A stretch of DNA of 64,000 nucleotides from NCBI RefSeq assembly GCF_001194135.2, contig NC_068998.1:35156433-35220432 (forward strand), read 5' to 3'. Positions 56,445 to 64,000 of the stretch are shown piece after piece. Position 1 is the first letter of the stretch, and each line of letters opens with the position of its first letter. Made by a program: the position numbers and the translations under genes. The notes under the pieces were generated by a model that was not told where the DNA came from, did no database searches, and saw only the letters and a program-made list of their open reading frames with translations. Origin of the DNA: Octopus bimaculoides. Its lineage: Eukaryota.

Positions 56445-56594
56445 TTTCAAATGTATATTGAATTTTGTAATTGAAATATCTTGTAATTCTCTTGCAGAAG
56501 ATGCATATCGGATAAGTTTGGCTGAAGCTAAAAAGCTGTTACCAAAAATACCTTGTCAACCCATTGGTTATGGTGATGCTCAAGTATTATTATC
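14191..56594 (+). CDS. FOLH1/NAALAD2-like: Partial multi-exon gene: glutamate carboxypeptidase II / NAALADase family (M28B; FOLH1/NAALAD2/NAALADL1-like); five internal exons covering the N-terminal protease segment and the PA/apical domain
   Basis: Five exons with AG/GT boundaries splice in frame (phases 2|0|0|0|1|2) into a continuous 229-aa sequence that is colinear with GCPII residues ~75-307, including the [27 protein letters not shown], TPxYPA and PIGYGDA motifs. Introns are 16050, 6351, 14000 and 5316 bp. There are five N-x-S/T sequons (NIT, NQS, NHS, NFT, NQT). Exact orthology cannot be determined by eye. Confidence 0.93.
15430..18700 (-). mobile_element. Decayed, near-full-length non-LTR retrotransposon with restriction-like endonuclease (R4/Dong-like)
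   Basis: Minus-strand motifs appear in the expected order: DKIVGYWY (~17350), [19 protein letters not shown] (~16900), IFLVDDLK (~16765), [22 protein letters not shown] (~16270), a CxxC...H..C knuckle remnant (~15900) and [11 protein letters not shown]...IDV (~15690). There are many stops and frameshifts, and the ends are approximate. Confidence 0.8.
19440..19814 (-). mobile_element. tRNA-derived SINE (family C), apparently full length
   Basis: The minus strand begins ggaggtgcaatggcccagtggttagagc (A box) ... gtttcgattccc (B box), followed by a non-tRNA body and tail. Confidence 0.85.
19846..19950. repeat. Compound microsatellite (TAGA)n(CAGA)n(CA)n
   Basis: Directly visible. Confidence 0.95.
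19975..20442 (+). mobile_element. SINE family A with internal (TG)n(TA)n expansion
   Basis: Head gtgtggctgtgtggtaataagcttgcttcccaaccacatgg and tail ...cagtctaatgactgaaacaagtaaatgataaa are shared with other copies. Confidence 0.8.
21794..22545 (-). mobile_element. RTE LINE 3' fragment split by a family-A SINE (~21972-22418)
   Basis: 21794-21928 and 22425-22545 align with consecutive parts of 44913-45190. Confidence 0.7.
23932..24144. other. Assembly gap (213 N)
   Basis: Run of N. Confidence 1.
26099..26400 (+). mobile_element. Mariner transposase fragment
   Basis: Translates to [30 protein letters not shown]...LGQWFPHKL...[11 protein letters not shown] (HTH, WVPHEL-like and first catalytic-D motifs). 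Confidence 0.8.
30398..30526 (+). CDS. FOLH1/NAALAD2-like: NAALADase/GCPII-like exon (129 nt): [43 protein letters not shown]
   Basis: Acceptor ttctcttttcattttag, donor GTAAAT, phase 0/0. The [11 protein letters not shown] motif corresponds to GCPII VPPFSAFSPQG. Confidence 0.92.
36170..36232. repeat. Compound (TAG)n(CAG)n trinucleotide repeat
   Basis: Directly visible. Confidence 0.95.
36878..37003 (+). CDS. FOLH1/NAALAD2-like: NAALADase/GCPII-like exon (126 nt): [42 protein letters not shown]
   Basis: Acceptor ttcttttctgattctag, donor GTAAGT. Hallmark PA-domain motifs YVNYG and ARYGKIFRG. Confidence 0.96.
40025..40540 (-). mobile_element. RTE LINE 3' UTR/tail fragment, same family as 46660-48073
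   Basis: Shares the cttgagaagacc..tcaagccaagtgaaat..ac.gt unit and the (GAT)n tail. Confidence 0.7.
43614..44358 (+). mobile_element. Penelope-like element: RT C-terminus plus GIY-YIG endonuclease
   Basis: SALP...[10 protein letters not shown]...LKTNGYP (RT thumb region), followed by [28 protein letters not shown] (GIY-YIG) ...LRIKEAILV. Confidence 0.9.
44913..45250 (-). mobile_element. RTE LINE 3' ORF fragment
   Basis: The minus strand gives ...[20 protein letters not shown]...RVGRPP**WED, the typical RTE C-terminal WxGHVAR and GRPPxRW motifs. Confidence 0.8.
45480..45925 (+). mobile_element. RTE-type RT core fragment interrupted by a young tail element
   Basis: [10 protein letters not shown] lies before the insertion and [22 protein letters not shown] after it. 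Confidence 0.65.
45663..45831 (+). mobile_element. Young 5'-truncated copy of the RTE-tail element
   Basis: About 97% identical (reverse complement) to 52283-52455 and 1058-1215; ends in (GAT)n. Confidence 0.85.
46660..48073 (+). mobile_element. 5'-truncated RTE/RTEX-like LINE: RT C-terminal half with a PHD-like finger, tandem 3' UTR and (GAT)n tail
   Basis: [10 protein letters not shown] ... [12 protein letters not shown] ... [16 protein letters not shown] ... [18 protein letters not shown] ... WYGHVM ... [13 protein letters not shown]. Confidence 0.88.
48515..49320 (-). mobile_element. Penelope-like element 3' part (GIY-YIG region)
   Basis: The minus strand gives [32 protein letters not shown] ... 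[11 protein letters not shown] ... IIYEAEV ... YTGLCEG ... [10 protein letters not shown] ... CRICLVE ... [11 protein letters not shown]. Confidence 0.88.
49925..50898 (-). mobile_element. Decayed mariner (Hsmar1/cecropia-like) with one terminal inverted repeat
   Basis: The TIR aaaaatgcaattactttggcaccaaattaata (~50865-50898) resembles the reverse complement of the Hsmar1-type TIR. The minus-strand translation contains [11 protein letters not shown]...INQAF, ILYDN and EEHCQEI.EMHQ remnants. Confidence 0.75.
51004..51181 (+). CDS. FOLH1/NAALAD2-like: NAALADase/GCPII-like exon (178 nt): [59 protein letters not shown]
   Basis: Acceptor cttttttcttaaaag, donor GTAAGG. Motifs LYTDPAD, YP...W.LP, VQRG and GD.LTP.YPA. 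Confidence 0.95.
52283..52530 (-). mobile_element. Young copy of the RTE-tail element (longest of the three)
   Basis: About 97% identical to the copies at 1058 and 45663. Confidence 0.85.
52536..52808 (-). mobile_element. Possible APE endonuclease fragment (L1/Tx1-like)
   Basis: [23 protein letters not shown] resembles the xxYAPN...FF motif; this is a single weak motif. Confidence 0.3.
54773..55598. other. Assembly gap (826 N) following a (CA)n run
   Basis: Run of N. Confidence 1.
56498..56594 (+). CDS. FOLH1/NAALAD2-like: NAALADase/GCPII-like exon (97 nt): (E)[31 protein letters not shown](S)
   Basis: Acceptor aattctcttgcag, donor GTAAGT; the phase-1 start completes GAA from the previous exon. 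[14 protein letters not shown] corresponds to GCPII LPSIPVHPIGYYDA. Confidence 0.95.
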
Positions 56595-56749
56595 GTAAGT
56601 AACAGCCCTCCCTCTCTCTTCTCTCTCTCTCTCTCTCTCTCTCTCCCCTCTGCCTTTTAATTTTCCCTTCTCTCCTCTCTCTCCCTTTTCCCTTTTTCAC
56701 TTCGCCTTCTCTCTCTCACTTTTTCTCCTCCCCCTCTCTCTCTCCTAAA

Positions 56750-58420
56750 CCTTTAAGAAAACCATTATCACAGCATATAATGGCATAGACACCAAAACAA
56801 CGGACCAAGACGCTCTCTTAAAGATAGACAATTGTGTCAACTGCCTCACCACATGTCCTCCATATACGTCCTTCTTATATCACACTTTAACTCTACGAAC
56901 CTAAATTCCTTTCCAGTCCTAAATACAAGCTAATCAACCCTTCTAAGAGCAAGGCAGGCATTGTAGTAAATGTTTTCTTGACGCTGTCAACTCCAATATC
57001 TCAAGAGCTACAGCATAAATCCAATGGAAGCGCAGCATCCTTCTCTGGTTCTGCAGCATTGAGAATAAATAGTCTTTAAGTTCAAACAGTTTGGTATCAT
57101 AGATTTCTACCTTTCAGTATTGAAATCCGTACTCTTAAAGGTCTTAGATTATGGTAGAAAATTCACCAGAATTAGTGACCTCAATATCAGAACCATTATA
57201 AACCCTAGGAAGTCACTGCTGTTTCACAATGATTTCTATAGGGATTTCTGCTGGGTAGAAAAAGGATGTACGGATGTATCTATCAAGAGCTATGATGGGA
57301 ACGAAGACATTTATTTCCTCAGGTTATTTGTCCTGAATATCCTGATCAAAACATAGACAAACCTACAGTTCTCTTCTATACAGGGATGATGGTTTTTTGA
57401 AATTTCAAACCATTTAAGAGACCATACCATGGATACATTCAGTGAAAATCTTAAAAACTATCAACAAATTCACCTTCATTATAACTGTTACCACCAACTT
57501 AGCAGTTTAATTTCATGGAAGCCCATCAAGAAAACTCTTTATATTTACTAGCACCACCCCGTTGGCTATAATTAGAAATTTAGTCACAGGTATCAGCAGA
57601 AGATTCTTGACTTTGCTAGCTCACAGAAAGATTTTTATTAGGACTGCACCCCATTTAAACAAGGCAACAAAGCACTAATAAGGATTGGCTTTACTTATAA
57701 GTTAGTGTGCGTTGAGTATCCCTAAACCAAAAGAGTGTTAGAACTATTTTCCCTCATGTAGCTTGAGCTTCCTGACTCTTCTTATAAAGTATTTTCCAAG
57801 AACCCATATACAAGGGAGTGCTGAAAAGTTCCTGGTTTTGGGTTAAAGAAAATACAGGAGGAGGAGTTAATTATGATTTTATGCAACATATTCCTCTCTC
57901 AAATTCACACACTTATTGCAGCAGCCTTTCAATTTTTTTTAAGCCATGTCAAATAACTCAGAAGGTTGGGCCTCCAGCCAGGGCTTTCACGATACCCTTA
58001 AAGCCAGAAACTTTTCAGCACCCTTCCAATATATATCACAAACTGTTTAATTCTCATAACATCAAAATTTACACTCATGCTTAGATAATATTGTATGCAA
58101 CAACAGTGCACCCACACTGTCTTCACCCTACACCCCAGCATGTAACCACCAAACTCTTACCAGCTGCCAGTTAGGTGGATCCTGCCTAAAAGATTGTGGT
58201 CTGTAGATCAATTCTCATGTCATTTGATGGCATCATGAAACATTACACAAATATGACAGCCAATGACTTTAAAGGTAAATACATACAACATATGCACTCC
58301 ATTGGGGGTAGTACCAAAGAAAACTCAGTCCCCCATTGTCTTCCTTGATCTGGAGACTGTTGCTATCAAAACAACTTCCCAACATCATATGAAACATCCA
58401 TGATAGCACTACTTCTCTGT
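56750..58420 (+). mobile_element. Decayed Penelope-like element (RT plus GIY-YIG) interrupted by a mariner MITE
   Basis: YITL*...KYKLINPSKSKAG; LLKVLDYGRKFT...RKSLLF; LYRDDG; YFPRTH|HKLFNSHNIK; CQLGGSCLKDC...KHYTNMTANDFKGKYIQH...LIWRL. Confidence 0.8.
57811..58029. mobile_element. Mariner-derived MITE with TIRs and TA target duplication
   Basis: The left end TA|caagggagtgctgaaaagttcctggttttggg pairs with the right end ccttaaagccagaaacttttcagcacccttccaa|TA. Confidence 0.85.
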
Positions 58421-59958
58421 ACTCATGTGTTTGTGGAAAAAAATTGAAATACCTAAATGTTACTGGGATTTCTATTTATGCAGTTACATTTAGATGTTTT
58501 CAATTTTTTTATGGATGCAATTAGCTAAAGCTCTTTTTTTTTTATAAGTTACAACTTATTAGTACAATACATAGCCTTGTGTTTGCACAAATGGCATTTA
58601 TGCTTTTCATCCTCATAGTTTTACTGTGCCTAAAATATCCAAATCAAGTTTAAAGTATAAAATCTTAGATTTGAGGTTTCATAAGTATTTTGACAGTGAT
58701 GTTGAGTGCTTTAGTTTGGATAATCCTAAAGCAATGCTTGTGTAATAAATACCTGATTTTTAAAAAGTTGAAGGTAGTTTCTATATATTGCCTAATTCCA
58801 TTATGGGTAATATCATTACATCAATATGCAATATTTCTTTTGAGACAGTATTCATTATGGGGCCTTAGACTGGTAGTTTTATAATTGTATCTATTTTTAG
58901 TATCTTTCAAGCTAATTTGAATATCAGTAGGTGATATTTGACACTATATGGCCGCAATAGATAAGATAATTTCATCGATACCAGATATGGTAGGTGTTAT
59001 CAAACCTCCTTTTATATTATATTTCTATTAACATTATATGTACTGTTCTTGTAATTAATTAGTTTGTTCTGGGATTGTGTGATATTATTCAATAGACGAA
59101 TTCCACCAGCATCTCTCTCTAACATCTTAAACATGATTTTTTAAATCATTATCATAGTGTCCATTAATATTATATTCCATAATATTTTATAAGTGTTTGT
59201 TATTAGTTTTATCATTAATACCTCTAACTCTATTTAATATTATGAACCAGGCTATAATACTCATGAGAAAATGTGTCATGTGAACAAGATAATGTATTTT
59301 GCTAGAATATTTTTCCTTTAATTTTTCATAGCTGGAATCATGTACTTATGTCTGGCTCTTATTTCATTTTATTGCTTACTATTTAATACCTCTATGCTTA
59401 TTTCCATAATAGTTGTAAAATGAATTTTATGTTATATATTAGGTTGTAAGTACTTTTCTTAGCAGATATATATATATATGTGTGTGTGTATGTATGTGTG
59501 TGCATGTAAATGTATGTGTATAGATACACACACACCTTCAAGAGCTAATACTTCTTTTGATTCTGAAACTGCAATGCATCTATGTATATAGCTATACAGA
59601 TATACTGGGTGTCGTAGTTTCATGCTGCTTTCTTTATATTTCGTTTTTATTCATCTTTCTGTTATTAATCCTTTTTGTATAAATATTCTTCAGTGTCATA
59701 TTTCCTGACAGTTTGTTTATTTTAAATATTTATGTTTTGATGAAGTGGCAAATATTAACAACTAAAACAACTGTGTTTGTTTGTGTGTGTGTGTGTGTAC
59801 ATTTATATAATGCATATATACATTTATATACTTATCGCTTATTCTGGGTTTTTAAAAATTCTTTTACTGGTTTCAGCTAGGGGGGCGGGACCATGCTGGA
59901 GCACCCCCTTTCAGTGTTTTGGGGGTTTCCTTTCTGTATTGTTTTTGGTGAAGAAGTG

Positions 59959-60370
59959 AGTTGGATGAAGCTGCTCTTCCTTGTGCCTCCTCTCACAATG
60001 TGGATCCATCTGAGATTTCAGATAGAAATTTGTCCAGGTGCTTTTTGAATGTTTCCACACCTACACCTGGAAGATCTCGTAGGTTCCTTTTCAGGATGTT
60101 AAACAGTTGTGGTCCCGTGAAACCCAAGCTGTTGCAATACTGGGTTCTTATTTGAGATGGAGACGATGGTAACTTTGGTATTATGCAATGCCATCCAGTT
60201 CGGTGGTTGGTATAGCTTTTAATTCCAAAGTTGGGAGCCAGACCTTCCAGGGTCTTCCATATGTATACCACTACATAACTCTCTTGCCTTCTCTCCGGCG
60301 AGTAGAACTTCAGTTCTTGTAGCCTCTCCCAGTAGCTCATCTATTACACCGAGTCAATCTTCTTTCTGTA
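59959..60370 (-). mobile_element. CR1/L2-group LINE 3' end
   Basis: SYWERLQELKFYSPERRQE...IWKTLEGLAPN...GPQLFNIL...FKKHLDKFLSEI. Confidence 0.85.
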
Positions 60371-61345
60371 GCAGTGCTGGATGTGTGTGTGTGAGTGTTT
60401 GCATATAAGACAAAAAGAAAAAATACTCATTTTTTTAAATCAAAATATGCTACCAGTTTCACTTGTGTTTAAGCAAATTTAGTCATGTTGTAAGAGAAGG
60501 GAAAATGTATTGAAATAAAATTAATCTCAGTTGCATTGTGTTGATTTGAAAATACATACTTGGAATACTTAGTACTCTTACCACTCTACTCTTTATTACA
60601 CATCCATCTCATCACTATATTTCATGCCTCTGTCACTTGTTCTTCTTACTCTATGCTAAGCAAGCAGAGATATGCAATTGTGAGATCCCTTTAGTCACTC
60701 ATGTTCAGCACATCTGGTAAAGTGGGTGGAGTTAAGAAGGATATCCGCCCATAGAAGCAAAGCCAAAATTGAAATGCAAATGAATGAATTTCTCAGCCAA
60801 GCTCATTGAGCAGTATCCCCAAACACATGCTGACTCTGATTATGCCAAACCATCCAACCCATGCCAGCATGAAAAGTGTACATAAAACGATGATGCTTTA
60901 CTAACACAGATATTAATATTTTTTAAAAATACATACATATGTGTATGTGGTGGGGGTGTAGTAAGTAGTTTGGCTCCCAACCACATGGTTCCGGGTTCAG
61001 TTCCACTGTGTGACACCTTGGGCAAGTATCTTATACTATAGCTTCAGGCCAACTAAAGCTTGGTGAGTGGATTTGGTAGGCAGAAAATGAAAGAAGCCTA
61101 CTGTTTATGTATGTGTTTGTTTGTGTTTATGTCTTTGTGCCTGTGTTTGTCCGCCATCACCACTTAATAGTCATTCTTGGTTTATTTACATCTCTGTAAA
61201 TTAGTGGTTCAGCAAAAGAGTCTAATAAAATTAGTACCTGGCTTTAAAGCAGAATAAGTATTGGGTTGACTTGTTCAGCTAAAATCCTTCAAGGCAGTGC
61301 TCCAGCATGGCTTCTGTCTAATGGCTGAAATAAGTAAAAGGATAA

Positions 61346-61383
<38 letters not shown>

Positions 61384-61408
61384 TTGTGTGTGTGTGTATA
61401 TACATATA

Positions 61409-61450
<42 letters not shown>

Positions 61451-61584
61451 CATTACCTTTTTAGTCAAGGTATCAATCAACTGCACCTCCAGCTATTCAT
61501 AGCAGATCCTTTCAAAATAAATTTAGAACATGTTGTTTGATAAACAAAATGCAATTTATACCTTCAAAAACTTATTAAAGAATT

Positions 61585-63050
61585 TCCTTAAGTTGAGTGA
61601 TTTTAGTAAATATCTGCCCTGTGAATTTCCTTGAAATTCATTAAATGCTATAAAAGCATTGAAATCTTCCTTTGTCCTTGCTCAGCTTAGAGCAATGTAA
61701 GTTTGACCATGACTTAACATAGGCTCTGATAAATATATTTTCACATTACTGAACAACTTTGTGATTTCTTCACAGTTATTATGTAGGCAGGTAACATTGG
61801 GAATTAGCATTTCTTTAACATGAACAGTAGCATTATTTCACTGGGAACCAGATCTATTCTTTGCATGAAAACTAAATCTCTTTTGTGACTCTCATTAAGT
61901 ATTCTTGCAAGACGGAAATGATCATGCAGGTCTCACAGTATCAACCTTATAGTATCAATGAGTCCCTTTTAGGAATTTCAATTGTGCAGCAATATGATAA
62001 TAGAGCCAGTTTTCAAGGACAAAAACTATAGAAGTATTTATGGAAAAACTGTTGGAAAATTGATTTTGTTAAGACTCTCGTAATCATTTTTCTGCCTTTG
62101 CAGTCAGGGATTAAATATTTTCTTGTAGTTCTATAGCTTCTGTGAAAGGAGCTTCTGCATTATTATCATGCACTTGTTTAGGAGGTACACGCACAATGTA
62201 ACAACATCTCAGTCCATTTTATTCTCTATTTTTTCTTCTGTTTCATTCAGAGCTGTTTACACACTACTTGCTTAACCCTTTAGCATTTAAACCCACCATA
62301 TCTGGTCAGAATATAAAGCCTGTTTTATATTCAAACTGGCCAGATCTAACTTTTCACACCTACCCTACAACGTCATTCAAAAATAAACTATCACATCATT
62401 GAAATTGCAAAACTATGAGATAATGCATGATTAATTCAAAAGAATCTGAATAAATAAGCATTACATTTGACAAAGTAATCTGAATATTAAAGGGTTAAGT
62501 ACTTGTTTATAGAGGCATTGGTTAGGTTATCTTGAAATTCTTCAAATTTTCAAGCAGTCTACTTGGTTCATTCAGAATGCGTATTACAGAAGCTAGTTAA
62601 GAACTTTTGTTAACTTTGTTTGTTAACTTTGAGGTAGCATTTGTGCTGAACTGGTTTCATCTGGGCATACCCTTCATCCAGTGTCCTTCATTCGAAGCTT
62701 TCTGATGTTTATTGCTGCCTGAAAAGTTTCATAGGTAATACCGTTAATAACCATGAGTGTTCAAAACTTTATTCTCTTTTTATATGCAGTAGTTGCAACA
62801 CATTCTTGCTCCTTTCTTTCTACTTCAGCCAAAATTTCACATATTGCTGTGAAATCATCAGCTCTAAATTTTGCATCATTTCTAACATACTGCTTATTGG
62901 TTCTAATGGTAATGTGTTACACTAGCCTCCGCAGAACCCACTATAGCTGTATGTAAATCCTTGGTTCTTTGTCAGTGGGGTACGTATTAGATGTTCTATG
63001 ATAAAATTGTCCAAAGCAGAATTTTTCCTGGTCAAGAGCCACTATGTGTT
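61585..63050 (-). mobile_element. Helitron RepHel relic (PIF1-like helicase C-terminus plus linker), internally deleted
   Basis: The minus strand gives INGITYETFQAA (~62730), LSLKTGSIIILLHN...RIDLVPSE...KSQ...LSHGQTYIALS*AR (~62020-61675), matching the PIF1 motifs LKVGAPIMLLRN, TINKSQG and SHGQLYVALSR. Confidence 0.8.
62272..62498. mobile_element. piggyBac-like MITE
   Basis: TTAA|ccctttagcattta ... tgaatattaaaggg|TTAA: CCC/GGG termini with a TTAA duplication. Confidence 0.8.
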
Positions 63051-63112
63051 GTCATTCAGACAAAAGAGTATGATGAGTTAAAAGAACAAATGCTGTTCTG
63101 AAAGTTGCTATA

Positions 63113-64000
63113 CAAGGGGCAGCAGAAAAGTTCATAGCCCCTCCCCCTTCCATGCCACACACTTCCAGTGCTTAGATCCCATTAATGAAGCAGCTTTTAT
63201 CCTGTTGGTAAAAAGAATCATCAACAGCAGACATGATGTCATCATCACTGTGATACTAGTTCCCAGCCAAGTGTTTTTTTTTTCATTTTGGAGAACAGAG
63301 GATAATCAGATGGGGCCAAATCAGAAGTATTGGGAGGCTGATCAACCAGTTCAAAGCCACAGTCATTCACAGCAGCCATTGAAAGCAAGGACTTGTATGC
63401 TGGAGTATTGTCCTGATGAAACAAGAAGTTTTCATCAGTTTTCCTGAGTGTTTGGTCTTGTTAGCCTTTCGTAACTGCCTTAGTTAGTTGGCATAGAACT
63501 CTCCATTGACAGTGTGGTCTTTTTGAAGATAGTCAATAAACACAATGCCTTCTGCAGTCCAAACAAATGAGGCCATCACCTTCCTTGCAGATGAAATAAC
63601 CTTGGTCTTCTTTGGGACAGGTGAAGAGGAATGTTTCCACTCCATGGATTATCTCTTTGTCTCTGGCTCAAAGAGATGAACTCAATATTCATCCTGAGTT
63701 TGGAAGCATTCAAGGAACCAGCTGGATCTGCCTCAGATAGTGTCAGATTTTCCCGTAATGTGCTCAGCCTGGTGTGCTTTTGATGAGGTGTTAGGAAACT
63801 TGGCACCCACTGAGCAGAGACCTTTGTCATGCCAAGTTCATTGTGCTGAATATTCTCAACTCTCTCATAGGATATGCTAATATAACATAGGCTATTTGAT
63901 TTATAGTCAATCACTTGTCATCCATCACCATGTGATGAACATGATCAATGTTTTCCTTGGTTGTAGCAGTTGCAAGATGTCTAGATCTTGGGTCATCTTC
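63113..64000 (-). mobile_element. Decayed mariner transposase with 3' TIR; runs off the window
   Basis: LGMTKVSAQWVP...; FEPETKRQSMEW; GIVFIDYL; HQDNTP; PPNTSDLAPSDY. The end at TA|caaggggcagcagaaaagttc is TIR-like. Confidence 0.88.

Noticed and set aside
56595-64000. Next peptidase exon (expected MGG..P...W.G.L...Y..GPG motif)
   Set aside because: No such motif was found; exon-like stretches near 58150-58280 are Penelope GIY-YIG sequence. The gene must continue beyond the window.

Overview
AT-rich, microsatellite-saturated animal genomic DNA, most likely cephalopod (Octopus-like; inferred from the SINE/RTE/mariner repertoire, not proven), with three N gaps. There is no prokaryotic content. 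The only host gene found is on the + strand: five internal GT-AG coding exons (14191-14347, 30398-30526, 36878-37003, 51004-51181, 56498-56594; 687 nt, about 229 aa, phases compatible) of an M28B glutamate carboxypeptidase II / NAALADase-family protein. The 5' (transmembrane) and catalytic 3' exons were not found in the window. Most of the rest is intronic transposon remains: a near-full-length decayed RLE-type (R4/Dong-like) LINE, RTE LINEs (one with a C4HC3 PHD-like finger inside the RT region), three Penelope-like elements, a CR1-group fragment, several mariners, a Helitron helicase relic, mariner- and piggyBac-type MITEs and many SINEs. No wholly new system is evident. The leads most worth checking are the PHD-containing RTE, inverted-repeat structures that could form dsRNA in the pre-mRNA, and substrate-pocket changes in the peptidase.
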